From Candidatus Dormiibacterota bacterium (GTDB lineage: Bacteria; Chloroflexota; Dormibacteria; Dormibacterales; Dormibacteraceae), in the NCBI GenBank assembly GCA_036518815.1, contig DATDML010000077.1:620-64619 (forward strand): a stretch of DNA of 64,000 nucleotides, given 5' to 3'. Every line of letters starts with the position of its first letter. Position 1 is the stretch's first letter. The translations under genes and the position numbers were made by a program. Below the pieces are notes generated by a model that was given only the letters and a program-made list of their open reading frames with translations, searched no databases and was not told the DNA's origin. Shown here piece after piece: positions 9,696-20,045 of this stretch.

Positions 9696-9978
9696 AGACG
9701 ATCCTCGATTCTTATGGGTTCTCCAGCGACTCGGTGGGGCCAGCACCTCCTCGATCTAATCACTCGACTGCCCGTGGCAGCGTGCAAAGTAATATACCGT
9801 CCCCTACAAGCTGCAGATTCCACCTAACAAGCCTCCCGCAAGCTCGATTTCCGATCGTCTGGGCGCCTGGCTGCCGGCAGTCATCGCCTTCCTGCTGCCG
9901 ACAGTTTTTCTGCCCGACAGGATCGCCGCCGACCAGTTCATCCTGCCGCGCGTCTCGATAGTCATCGCCGGGGCATGC

Positions 9979-11424
9979 TTGGGCGCGGGCCTGGCGCTGC
10001 TGGCGACGAATCGCCCGAGCCTGGGCCAGGTCCGCTGGCCGCTCCTGGCCGCGATCGGCGCCGCGGTGGTCGCATGCATCTTCTCTATTAACGTCGGGAC
10101 CAGCCTCGCCGGCTCGTACCTTCGGTATGAGTCTTTACCCGTACGCCTGGCGTACTTGGGGCTGCTGGCCGTTCCGGTGTGGCTGCTCCGGGACGACCGC
10201 GATCGAGACCGGGTGGTGGCCGCGTTCGTCGTCGGGACGGCTATCGCCAGCATGGAGGCGATCTGGCAGCAGCTGACCGCCCAGCCGTTCCGCCCTGACG
10301 GCAACGTGGGCAACGCTGGTTTGCTGGGGGCCCTGATCGCCATGGCGGCGCCGCTGGCCATCTCGCGCGCCCTGCGCAACGACTTCTTCGTGGTCGCCTG
10401 GTGGATCTTCGTCGCCGCCCTCGTGGGCGGGCTGCTCGTCTCCACGTCGCGTGCGGGAGGCCTGGGCGCCGTGGCGGGTTGCGCCGTCCTGGTTGTGATG
10501 AGGTTCCGCGGGCGGGCTCTCAGGATCGCTGCGCCGGCGGCAACGGGGCTGGTGGCCCTGGGCCTGGCCGCCATCCTTTTCATACAGCCGCTGCGCGAGC
10601 TGAACGGCGACCCTGGCCCGGCCCGCCAGCACCTCTGGACCGACGGCCTATCGATGTTCCTGGCCCGGCCGATCACGGGCTGGGGCGAGGACGCCACGGG
10701 TCTGGCCTTCGGCCGGTTCCTGACGGGCGCATGGTCGGGGCCGCTCGTCACCTTCGACCGCATCCACAACGGCGTCCTGGACGTCGCCGTCACCCAGGGC
10801 CTGCTCGGCCTGATCGCTCTCGGCGCGGTGATCGCCGTGGTGGCGCGTGGGGCGTGGCGCCAGCGCTCCTCGGGCTCAGTCGCGCCGCTCGCGGCGGCTT
10901 GCGCCGGCTATACCGTCTGGGTCTTCTTCAACTTCGACTGGGCGCCCGCGACCGGGGCGTTCTGGCTGCTGCTGGGCACGTGCTGGTCGGGCGTGCGCGC
11001 CGCGCAGGGTACCGAGCAGCCGGTCCTGAACACACAACCGATCCTCCGCGCGATCGGCGCCGTCCTGCTCGCTCTTCTCGCGGCAGTGCTCGCCAGCGGC
11101 CCGGTGCTGGCGGAGGCCTGGTACATCGAAGGTCACGCCGACCTGGCGGTGCGCGCCGATCCGCTGCAGGCCCAGTACCACCGGGCGCTCGGCGAGGCGC
11201 TCATCCAGCAGGGATATGACTTCGACGGGCTGCAGGAGCTGCGCCTCGCGGGGGCGCTGGGAGATTCAGACCCTGGTTTCTGGGTCGAGCTCGGCGATCA
11301 GGAGCTGCGGCTGGGCAACCCCAAGGCTGCGCGCGCCGACTACCAGATGGCCCTCACCGTCGACCCGTTCTGGCAGCCGGCGCAGCAGCGGCTGGCCGGG
11401 AGCAGCGCACCCGTACCGATATAG
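9979..11424 (+). CDS. O-antigen ligase (Wzy_C)-like polytopic membrane protein with C-terminal TPR-like repeats
   Basis: Multi-TM protein with STSRAGGLGAVAG...RIHNGVLDVAVTQGLLGL, and a C-terminal AL...LGNPKAARADYQMALTVDP repeat. The listed TTG 9979 is the first canonical start, but the frame is open and TM-like from 9793 (see findings). Confidence 0.7.
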   Translation: MGAGLALLATNRPSLGQVRWPLLAAIGAAVVACIFSINVGTSLAGSYLRYESLPVRLAYLGLLAVPVWLLRDDRDRDRVVAAFVVGTAIASMEAIWQQLTAQPFRPDGNVGNAGLLGALIAMAAPLAISRALRNDFFVVAWWIFVAALVGGLLVSTSRAGGLGAVAGCAVLVVMRFRGRALRIAAPAATGLVALGLAAILFIQPLRELNGDPGPARQHLWTDGLSMFLARPITGWGEDATGLAFGRFLTGAWSGPLVTFDRIHNGVLDVAVTQGLLGLIALGAVIAVVARGAWRQRSSGSVAPLAAACAGYTVWVFFNFDWAPATGAFWLLLGTCWSGVRAAQGTEQPVLNTQPILRAIGAVLLALLAAVLASGPVLAEAWYIEGHADLAVRADPLQAQYHRALGEALIQQGYDFDGLQELRLAGALGDSDPGFWVELGDQELRLGNPKAARADYQMALTVDPFWQPAQQRLAGSSAPVPI

Positions 11425-11435
11425 AGGGTCTGCTG

Positions 11436-11467
11436 TCCCCACCCTACCCTCCCCGCAAGCGGGGAGG
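11436..11467. repeat. REP-like element copy 2 (TCCCCACCCTACCCTCCCCGC-AA-GCGGGGAGG); bidirectional terminator position
   Basis: Lies between the convergent stops of the O-antigen ligase-like gene (11424) and rpsA (11481). The 9-bp stem spans 11448-11456 and 11459-11467. Confidence 0.75.
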
Positions 11468-11480
11468 AACTCCCACCTAA

Positions 11481-12671
11481 CTACTCGTCTTCTGTGTCGT
11501 AGAAGTCCTGGCGGCCCGAGGCCCGAGCCGGCGCCAGGTTGGCCGGTGGCGCGGACAGCTGCTTGAGGCTCAGCGAGATCCGGCGCCGCGCGGTGTCGAT
11601 CCCGATGACCTTCACCTGCAGCGTCTCGCCCACCTTGAGCACGTCCTCGGTGCGCTCCACGTGATCCCAAGAAAGCTCGGAGATGTGAAGCAGGCCCTCG
11701 ATGCCGGCCATGATCTGCAAGAACGCGCCGTACTTCTTGGTCTTGGTGACCTGGCCCTCGACGATCGAGCCGATGGGCATCGACTGCACGAGCTTCTCCC
11801 ACGGGTCCTGCTGCAGCTGGCGCAGCGACAGCGAGATGCGGGTCTGCTCGGGGTCGAGCTTGATCACCTTGACCATGACCTCTTCGCCGAGCTGCAGGAC
11901 GTCGGTGACCTTGGACACGCGGTCCCACGAGAGCTCGGAGATGTGGATCAGGCCGTCGGCGCCGCCGATGTCGACGAATGCGCCGTAGCTGGTGATGCCG
12001 GACACGGTGCCCTTCACAGTTCCGCCCGTCTGCAGGCGGCTGAAGAGCTCCTCACGCTTGCGAGCGCGATCCTCGTCCTCGGCAGCCTTCTGGCTGACGA
12101 TGAGGCGGTTGCGCTTGCGGTTGACCTCGAGGATCTTGACCACGATGCGCTGACCGACCAGAGAGTCGAGCGAGCCCGCGTAGGCACGCGCCACCTGGCT
12201 CGACGGCAGAAAGCCGCGCAGGCCCAGAACGTTGACGATGAGCCCGCCCTTGTTCTGCTCGCGCACGTCGGCGTCGATGACCGAGCCGTCAGTCTGCTTC
12301 TCCGCGGCCACGAGCCAAGTCGTCTCGGCGCGAGCGCGCCGCAGGCTCAGGACCACGTTCCCCTCTTCGTTCTCCGGCTGCAGCACGAAGACCTTGATCT
12401 GGTCTCCAGGCTCCAGCCCCAGCGCGTCGGTCTCGCCGCGCAGGCCGAGCTCCTTGCTCGAGATCACGCCTTCGGCCTTGGCGCCGATGTCGACGAGCAC
12501 CTCGTCCGGGTCGACTCGGACCACGATGCCATCGACGATGTCCCCGTGGTTCGGGGTCTTGAAGGCCTCCTCCTCGTAGTGGAGGTAGTCCTCCATGGTC
12601 ATCGCCGCGGCTTGGTCCTGCTCTGTCTCCTCCTCAGACTCAGTCAGGACAGCACCGGATTCATTGGACAA
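11481..12671 (-). CDS. rpsA: 30S ribosomal protein S1 (four S1 domains)
   Basis: Repeated S1 OB-fold motifs are present (GDIVDGIVV..., G.V.G.V..I..YGAFV.I.G..GL.HISE). The start is TTG, with GGGGG 9 nt upstream. Confidence 0.9.
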   Translation of the reverse strand: MSNESGAVLTESEEETEQDQAAAMTMEDYLHYEEEAFKTPNHGDIVDGIVVRVDPDEVLVDIGAKAEGVISSKELGLRGETDALGLEPGDQIKVFVLQPENEEGNVVLSLRRARAETTWLVAAEKQTDGSVIDADVREQNKGGLIVNVLGLRGFLPSSQVARAYAGSLDSLVGQRIVVKILEVNRKRNRLIVSQKAAEDEDRARKREELFSRLQTGGTVKGTVSGITSYGAFVDIGGADGLIHISELSWDRVSKVTDVLQLGEEVMVKVIKLDPEQTRISLSLRQLQQDPWEKLVQSMPIGSIVEGQVTKTKKYGAFLQIMAGIEGLLHISELSWDHVERTEDVLKVGETLQVKVIGIDTARRRISLSLKQLSAPPANLAPARASGRQDFYDTEDE

Positions 12672-12763
12672 CGTACGAACCCCCTAAAGATTTTTGGTGT
12701 GGTGTTGGTCGTCAAAACGGCCTTCGCCAAAACGGAAAACCAATTGTAACTCACGATTTGCGG

Positions 12764-13573
12764 TCAACCCGGAAAAGGTTTGCTCACGTCGTGGTTGTCG
12801 ATCAGCCTCGTTTTGCCGATCGTCACGGCCAGCACCGCGAGGGTGCCAGAAGGCCGAAAAGTCGCCGGATCGACGAGCTCCGCGTAGTCGATCTGGGCCA
12901 GCGGCTCGGCGGCCAGGACGGCACGTATCCGCTCCTGGATCGCGGCCAGATCGCGATCTCCGCCCGCATACCCGGTGGCGCCGGCACTCAGGGCCCGGCT
13001 CAGGCTGAGGGCGGCCTTCCGTTCGTCGGCAGTCAGGTACACGTTGCGCGAGCTCACCGCCAGGCCATCGGCATCGCGCACGATCGGGCAGGCGATGATC
13101 TCGACGCCGGTGTCCAGGTCGGCCGCCATGCGCTTCACGACCGCCACCTGCTGCGCGTCCTTCCGGCCGAAGTAAGCGCGATCGGGCCGCACCGCCGAGA
13201 AGAGCTTGGCCACCACCGTGGCGACGCCCTCGAAGTGGCCGGGGCGCGCCGCGCCCTCCAGCGTCTCGGCAACGCCGCCGACGACCACGCGGGTCGTCGC
13301 ACCCTCTGGATACATGTCCGCAACGCTCGGCATGTAGACGGCGTTCACGTTCAGTTCGCGGAGCATCTCGAGGTCCTTCTCGATGGGCCGTGGGTAGCGC
13401 GCGAGGTCTTCGTTCGGCCCGAACTGCAACGGGTTCACGAAGATGCTGACCACGACCCTGTCGTTCTCGGACCGGGCGCGCTCGATCAGGCTGCGATGCC
13501 CCGCATGCAGCGCCCCCATGGTGGGCACCAGCCCGATCGAAGACGCGCCCCACTCCCGAACGCGCGCCCGCAT
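12764..13573 (-). CDS. panC: Pantoate--beta-alanine ligase
   Basis: Contains GLVPTMGALHAGHRSLI, IFVNPLQFGPNEDL and RYPR motifs. Confidence 0.95.
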   Translation of the reverse strand: MRARVREWGASSIGLVPTMGALHAGHRSLIERARSENDRVVVSIFVNPLQFGPNEDLARYPRPIEKDLEMLRELNVNAVYMPSVADMYPEGATTRVVVGGVAETLEGAARPGHFEGVATVVAKLFSAVRPDRAYFGRKDAQQVAVVKRMAADLDTGVEIIACPIVRDADGLAVSSRNVYLTADERKAALSLSRALSAGATGYAGGDRDLAAIQERIRAVLAAEPLAQIDYAELVDPATFRPSGTLAVLAVTIGKTRLIDNHDVSKPFPG

Positions 13574-13596
13574 TGCCGCGGGCGTTTCAATCGTGA

Positions 13597-14439
13597 TCAG
13601 GCGCCGTACTTGACCTCGTGCGGTACCGCCGGGGAGCCATTCGCCGAGTACTCGTGCTCGGACGCCGGGAACGTTCCAGTCCGTACGTCGTCGGCGAACC
13701 GATGGGCCGCGCGGTCGATCTCCTCCGCGAGGTTGGCGTAGCGCTTCACGAACTTGGGCGCCTTGCCGGTGGTGAGCCCGAGGAAGTCGTGGTAGACGAG
13801 CACCTGGCCGTCGGTCTGCGGCCCCGCACCGATGCCGATGGTCGGAATCCGGAGCGCCTTGGTGACCCGACCAGCCAGCGCGGACGGCATGCCTTCGAGC
13901 ACGACGCTGAACGCGCCTGCCTCCTCCAGTGCCTTGGCGTCTCTCAGGATGCGTGCGGCCTGGGGCTCGGTCTTGCCCTGGACTTTGAATCCGCCCATCG
14001 CGTGCACCGATTGCGGCGTCAGTCCGAGGTGGCCCATCACCGGAACCCCGGCCTCGGTCAGGCGTCGGGTGATCTCGACGATGCGATCGCCGCCGCCCTC
14101 GAGCTTGACGGCATGCATGCCGCCTTCCTGCACGAACCGCCCGGCGTTGCGCACCGCCTCGTCAGCCGACACCTGGTATGACATGAAGGGCATGTCGCCG
14201 ACCAGCAGGGCCTGTCGCGCGCCCCGCGACACAGCCTTGGCGTGGACGAGCATGTCGTCCATCGTCACGGGCAGCGTGGTCGGGTGGCCGAGCATCACCA
14301 TGCCGAGGCTGTCGCCGACCAGCAGGATCGGGATGCCGGCCTCGTCGAGGATCCGCGCGCTCAGGTAGTCGTAGGCCGTCAGCATGGCGAAGCGGCGGCC
14401 TTCGTCTTTGAACCGCTGGACGTCCAGCACCGTCGTCAT
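13597..14439 (-). CDS. panB: 3-methyl-2-oxobutanoate hydroxymethyltransferase
   Basis: Contains MLTAYDY, LVGDSLGMVMLGH and VKLEGG motifs. Confidence 0.95.
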   Translation of the reverse strand: MTTVLDVQRFKDEGRRFAMLTAYDYLSARILDEAGIPILLVGDSLGMVMLGHPTTLPVTMDDMLVHAKAVSRGARQALLVGDMPFMSYQVSADEAVRNAGRFVQEGGMHAVKLEGGGDRIVEITRRLTEAGVPVMGHLGLTPQSVHAMGGFKVQGKTEPQAARILRDAKALEEAGAFSVVLEGMPSALAGRVTKALRIPTIGIGAGPQTDGQVLVYHDFLGLTTGKAPKFVKRYANLAEEIDRAAHRFADDVRTGTFPASEHEYSANGSPAVPHEVKYGA

Positions 14440-15239
14440 CGACGCTGTCTCCTTCGGGTCGCTGCCACATCTCGGGTCAACGCCCTTCGCACTCGCCTCG
14501 CCGCGGCGGGCTCGAGGCCCGCGGCTTCCGCGATCTCGAGTGCGATCGATCCAAGGATACGGTAAAGATCGGGCCGTTCCACAGCCTCCAGGTGGCGGCT
14601 GACGGTCTCCTCGTCGCCCCTCCGGATGGGCCCGGTCATCGCCGCCACGACGCCCTTCCGGCGGATGTTTTCGACGGCGCCCTCGACCAGCGGCATGAGC
14701 GCCGCGGTGGCCTCCCGCTCGCTCCAGCCGATCGCCTCCAGCTCATGCACCGCCTCGGCGATGACGGCGTCGACGAAGTTCGAGGCAAACACGGCTGCCG
14801 CGTGATACCGAACGCGCTCGCGATCGGTCACCAGCTTGGGCCGCGCGCCGAGGCCGCGGGCAAGCCCGAACAGGCTCTTGCGCAACGCCGGCATTGAAGC
14901 GTCGATCGCGATGGTGATGCCGCGGAAAGCAGAGGGGTCGCGATAGAAGGGAAATGACTGCAGCGGATGAAATGAGCCGACCGGGTTGTGCTTCAACGGC
15001 GCCAGGGCGTCGAGGCCGAGCGCGCCGCTCAGGTGCACGAAGCTGAGCTTGGGCGAGGGATCCATGCCCGCGATGCGCGCAGCCATCTCGCCAACCGCGC
15101 CGTCAGGCACCGCGAGAAAGACGATGCCCTCTCGCGGCAGCCGGAAGCCCTCGCGCGAATTGACCGCGCCGGCACGCAGCGCGACCGTGAGGCTGCGGCC
15201 TAGGTTGCCTCTCCCCGCAACGGTAAGCCGGTCCGGCGT
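14436..15239 (-). CDS. Rossmann-like plus DUF2520 domain oxidoreductase; start codon undefined
   Basis: Contains a GRGNLG dinucleotide loop, FLAVPDGAV, HLSGA and SFHPLQSF, plus the C-terminal DUF2520 pattern (RYHAAAVFASNF...MTGPIRRGD). There is no ATG/GTG/TTG between the ftsH stop and the glycine loop, so the upper coordinate given is only the first codon after the ftsH stop. Confidence 0.65.
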   Translation of the reverse strand, partial: TPDRLTVAGRGNLGRSLTVALRAGAVNSREGFRLPREGIVFLAVPDGAVGEMAARIAGMDPSPKLSFVHLSGALGLDALAPLKHNPVGSFHPLQSFPFYRDPSAFRGITIAIDASMPALRKSLFGLARGLGARPKLVTDRERVRYHAAAVFASNFVDAVIAEAVHELEAIGWSEREATAALMPLVEGAVENIRRKGVVAAMTGPIRRGDEETVSRHLEAVERPDLYRILGSIALEIAEAAGLEPAAARRVRRALTRDVAATRRRQRR

Positions 15240-15240
15240 T

Positions 15241-17084
<1,844 letters not shown>

Positions 17085-17088
<4 letters not shown>

Positions 17089-18392
17089 CTCGGATCTCCT
17101 CGAGGGGTGTCGGGCGATTCTAGCACTGCCATTTGTGGGTTCCTGTCCGACAGGATACGTGTGACAGTTACGTGCAGTGCGGGTTCAGCCGAGCCCGCCT
17201 TCAGATCCCGGTCGACCGCGACGCCCGGGACCCACGCCAGGCGGTCGCCGGCGAAAACCAGCGGCCACGCGTCGCGCTCCTCGCGAGGGACGTGGGCGTC
17301 GACCATGATGTCCTGCAGCTTGCGGCTGCCGGCGCCACCCGCCGGCCGCATGCGCAGGCCAGGTTCGCGACGGCCCAACCGCAGTTCCAGACCGCGCTTC
17401 AGATGCACCGCCCCGGCCTCATCGCAGCCCGCGCATGGCCGGACGCTCAACACCGCGTCCATCATCTGGAAAACGCGCGGCACGACTTCTACCCGGGATC
17501 CGACGACCCGAAAACGCAAGCCGCCGGGCAGGTCGATCCCGCCCCCACCGCGCTCGCCTGTCGCCAGCCGGACCATGGCCGCCAGCTGGCGGCGGCTCAG
17601 GGCGGGCAGGCGCCCGCCCGCGTCCGCATAAAGAAGACGCATGTATTCGCCGGCCACCGGCGGGCTCATGGCCGCGATCGCCTGGCGGGGCTGCGGTCCC
17701 GCCGCCTGAGCGGTGAGCGCATCTTGGAGTCGGGCCGCCTGGGTGGCGGCGCCGTGGAGCCGGCGGATGATTCCCGGGCAGTCCCGTTCCAACGCCGGCA
17801 ACACGTGCTTACGCATGCGGACGCGCGCGTAGGCGAGGTTGGAGTTGGCCGGATCGTCGAGCGCTGTGACTCCTCGCGCCTCGAGGTACGCGACGAGCTC
17901 GCCGCGCCAGACATTTAGAAGCGGTCGAACGAATGGACCGCGCCGCGCCGGCATGCCCCTCAGTCCCGCCAGCCCGCAGCCGCGCAGGAGGTGCATCGCG
18001 GCTCCCTCCACCACGTCATCCGCGGTGTGAGCCAGTGCGATCGTCGGCGCACCTGCCTCGCGGGCCGCGCGCTCGAGGAATGCATAGCGGAGCTGCCGCG
18101 CGGCTGCCTGCACCGATCCCCGGGCCAGCGCCTCAGTGCGGCGCTCAGCGATTAGCGACACACCCAGCGACGCGCACAGCTTGCGCACGTGCTCCGCGAC
18201 CGCCGCCGATCCAGTTTGCAGCGCGTGGTCGTAATGCGCCGCGACGATGTCGTGGCCTTGCTCGTGGAGCATCAGCAGCAGCGCGGTCGAGTCGGGTCCG
18301 CCGGACACGGCCACCAGCACGCGATGGCCGGGGTTCAGGCCGGGCGCTTGAATCGCTTCAACTCCCGCTGCACCTCGTCGCCGACGTAGCAA
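17085..18392 (-). CDS. tilS: tRNA(Ile)-lysidine synthetase TilS
   Basis: Contains the PP-loop VAVSGGPDS and a TilS substrate-binding C-terminal region. The start is uncertain because the listed start overlaps tag by 58 nt. Confidence 0.85.
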
Positions 18393-18958
18393 CCGCCGAC
18401 GTGGTCGTTCACCAGCCCCATCGATTGCATGAATGAATAGACGGTGGTCGGACCGACGAAAGCCCAGCCGCGCCGGCGCAGATCTTTGCTCATCGCCGCG
18501 GCCTCGGGGCTGAACTTGATCTGCATGAGCTCAGCCTGGTCGATGAGCCTCGCGCGCGCCGGCGGCGCGAATCTCCAGGCGTACGCGGCGAAGCTGCCGA
18601 ACTCTTTGACGACCTCGCTGTAGCGCTGCGCGTTGTTGATCGTGGCCGCGATCTTGGCCCGGTTGCGGACGATCCCTGCGTCGCCCATTAACCGCTCCTC
18701 GTCGGCCTGGGTGAACCGCGCGACCGCGGGAGGGTCGAAGTTGGCGAAAGCGGCGCGGAATGTCTCGCGCTTGCGCAGGATCGTGAGCCAGCTGAGGCCG
18801 GACATGAATCCCTCGAGGCTGAGCTTTTCGAAAAGGCGGCGGTCGTCCGCGGACGGACGTCCCCATTCGGTGTCGTGATAGGTGATGTAGAGGGGATCGC
18901 TGTTGCCCCACCAGCATCGCGGCCGTCCGTCCGGGCCAATCTCAATTCCGGCGGTCAC
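18335..18958 (-). CDS. tag: DNA-3-methyladenine glycosylase I
   Basis: Contains YHDTEWGRP...LFEKLSLEGFMSGLSWLTILRKRE..F..FD. Confidence 0.9.
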   Translation of the reverse strand: MTAGIEIGPDGRPRCWWGNSDPLYITYHDTEWGRPSADDRRLFEKLSLEGFMSGLSWLTILRKRETFRAAFANFDPPAVARFTQADEERLMGDAGIVRNRAKIAATINNAQRYSEVVKEFGSFAAYAWRFAPPARARLIDQAELMQIKFSPEAAAMSKDLRRRGWAFVGPTTVYSFMQSMGLVNDHVGGCYVGDEVQRELKRFKRPA

Positions 18959-19668
18959 CGCGCCGGCTGGGCCATTGGCGCTGGAAAGCCCATCCGCACG
19001 ACGGCACTCACGTGAGCGGCGAATCCATCCCGGAACTGAAGCAGCAGCTCGAGCTCAGTTGCGTTCCTCACGCGGTTCCTCACGCGGTTCCTCCGCCGGT
19101 TCACCAGCGCCGACACAAGGGGTCCACTGATCTGAAAGCTCACCCGATCGAGGTCGAGCAACCACTGCATCATGCCTTGGTCGATCAGCATCACAGCCGC
19201 GCGCGGGTCGTCCGCGCGGATCTCGAAGCAAGACATGAAATCGATGGACTCGAAGCCGACCTCCTGGCCACGAGCGCGCGGCAGCACTGAGACATCTCCT
19301 TTCCGAGCGGCGGCAACGTAGGGCAGGTTCAGTCCGTCGACTTCGAACATCAACATCGCTACGGATGTCGAACTAAGTGCCGAGCCGCTGTCCCTCACCT
19401 CCGAGTACCAGAGCGACATGTCCGGGGTGGCAAACGTGTTGCGGAAGCCGGCCTGGATCAACGGAAGCATGTCTGGCATGTTGGGCGGTCTGAAGTTGTC
19501 CGCCGGCCACATGCCGCGCTGCGCGCAGAGGTCGTACGTCGCCTTGTCATGCCTGAGCCGGCCCGGTAGCCGAAAAACCGAAAGGATTAGCTGGAGCGCG
19601 CCGAAACCGAGAAAGACCGATGCGATGATCCACGCCCAGAGTGGATACCCGAGCCAGAGCCGCCACAC
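18955..19668 (-). CDS. Hypothetical membrane-anchored protein
   Basis: 237-aa ORF with an N-terminal TM helix (YPLWAWIIASVFLGFGALQLIL). It is coupled to tag through a 4-nt overlap and has its own promoter-like element. I recognise no family. Confidence 0.55.
   Translation of the reverse strand: MWRLWLGYPLWAWIIASVFLGFGALQLILSVFRLPGRLRHDKATYDLCAQRGMWPADNFRPPNMPDMLPLIQAGFRNTFATPDMSLWYSEVRDSGSALSSTSVAMLMFEVDGLNLPYVAAARKGDVSVLPRARGQEVGFESIDFMSCFEIRADDPRAAVMLIDQGMMQWLLDLDRVSFQISGPLVSALVNRRRNRVRNRVRNATELELLLQFRDGFAAHVSAVVRMGFPAPMAQPAR
19063..19093. repeat. Tandem 12-nt repeat (GTTCCTCACGCG x 2.6) inside the hypothetical gene, encoding RNRVRNRVRN
   Basis: Read directly: units at 19063-19074 and 19075-19086, and a partial unit at 19087-19093. 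Confidence 0.8.
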
Positions 19669-19678
19669 ATTCGGTGCG

Positions 19679-19705
19679 ATTCTAGGTCGGGGCTGTCCAT
19701 GTCAA
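19679..19705 (-). promoter_or_regulatory. Sigma70-like promoter TTGACA-N15-TAGAAT, 10 nt upstream of the GTG start at 19668
   Basis: On the minus strand, TTGACA is at 19700-19705 and TAGAAT at 19679-19684. Both hexamers are near consensus, but the spacer is short (15 nt). Confidence 0.4.
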
Positions 19706-19760
19706 GGCCGGTGCAGCCACGATGGTTGCCGGCGGCGGGGTTTGTCCAGAAGCGCGGGCG

Positions 19761-19836
19761 TGGTGGTGCCGGGTGGACTCGAACCACCGACAACACGATT
19801 ATGAGTCGTGCGCTCTACCACCTGAGCTACGGCACC
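19761..19836 (-). tRNA. tRNA with CAT anticodon (elongator Met, or Ile2 if lysidine-modified), CCA encoded
   Basis: The reverse complement is GGTGCCGTAGCTCAGGTGGTAGAGCGCACGACTCATAATCGTGTTGTCGGTGGTTCGAGTCCACCCGGCACCACCA. It folds as a cloverleaf with a 7-bp acceptor stem and anticodon loop CTCATAA, and it lacks the initiator GGG/CCC stem. Confidence 0.9.
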
Positions 19837-19906
19837 ATCCCGGGTGGGGCCGTGGAATCCTAGCGCGCCGCCCCTGCTCGCGCCTTGAGCTTTCTCTTCT
19901 TCGTCC

Positions 19907-19940
19907 GGCGCTTGGCCAGCGCCACTTTCTTTCTCTTGTT
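19907..19940 (+). terminator. Intrinsic-terminator-like hairpin GGCGCT-TGGCC-AGCGCC followed by the T-rich tract ACTTTCTTTCTCTTGTT, with no upstream + strand gene
   Basis: Read directly. The stem spans 19907-19912 and 19918-19923. Confidence 0.3.
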
Positions 19941-20045
19941 CACTCGAAGCCTCGCCGAGTATACCGTCGGCCTCAATCACGACCTCGATCCGCCTGGCCC
20001 CAGATGTGGACAGACACGGGGCCATGGTGCTAGACCGTCCCGCAC

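Noticed and set aside
9696-9746. GTG 9746 as the clpC start, preceded by GAGGAGG
   Set aside because: The GTG overlaps the SD-like run itself (zero spacing). It would add a non-conserved 17-aa extension (MLAPPSRWRTHKNRGSS) ahead of the family-typical N-terminus. ATG 9695 has GAGGA at 6-nt spacing.
8253-9827. Very long ORFs antisense to real genes. Examples are 8253-9827 opposite clpC, 24512-26206 opposite mfd, 33918-35717 opposite the GGDEF-EAL gene, 41734-42921 opposite hemW, 53562-54770 opposite the C1 peptidase, 56532-58031 and 57797-59047, 30611-31915, and 9804-10793.
   Set aside because: Their translations are Arg/Ala/Gly/Pro-rich low-complexity sequences without recognisable motifs. 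This is the usual stop-codon-poor antisense artefact of high-GC DNA. The opposite strand carries strongly motif-supported genes in each case.
12743-12767. TTGACC (12762-12767) plus TACAAT (12743-12748) as a complete sigma70 promoter for rpsA
   Set aside because: The spacer between the two hexamers is only 13 nt, too short for a functional -35/-10 pair. Only the -10-like box is retained as an observation.
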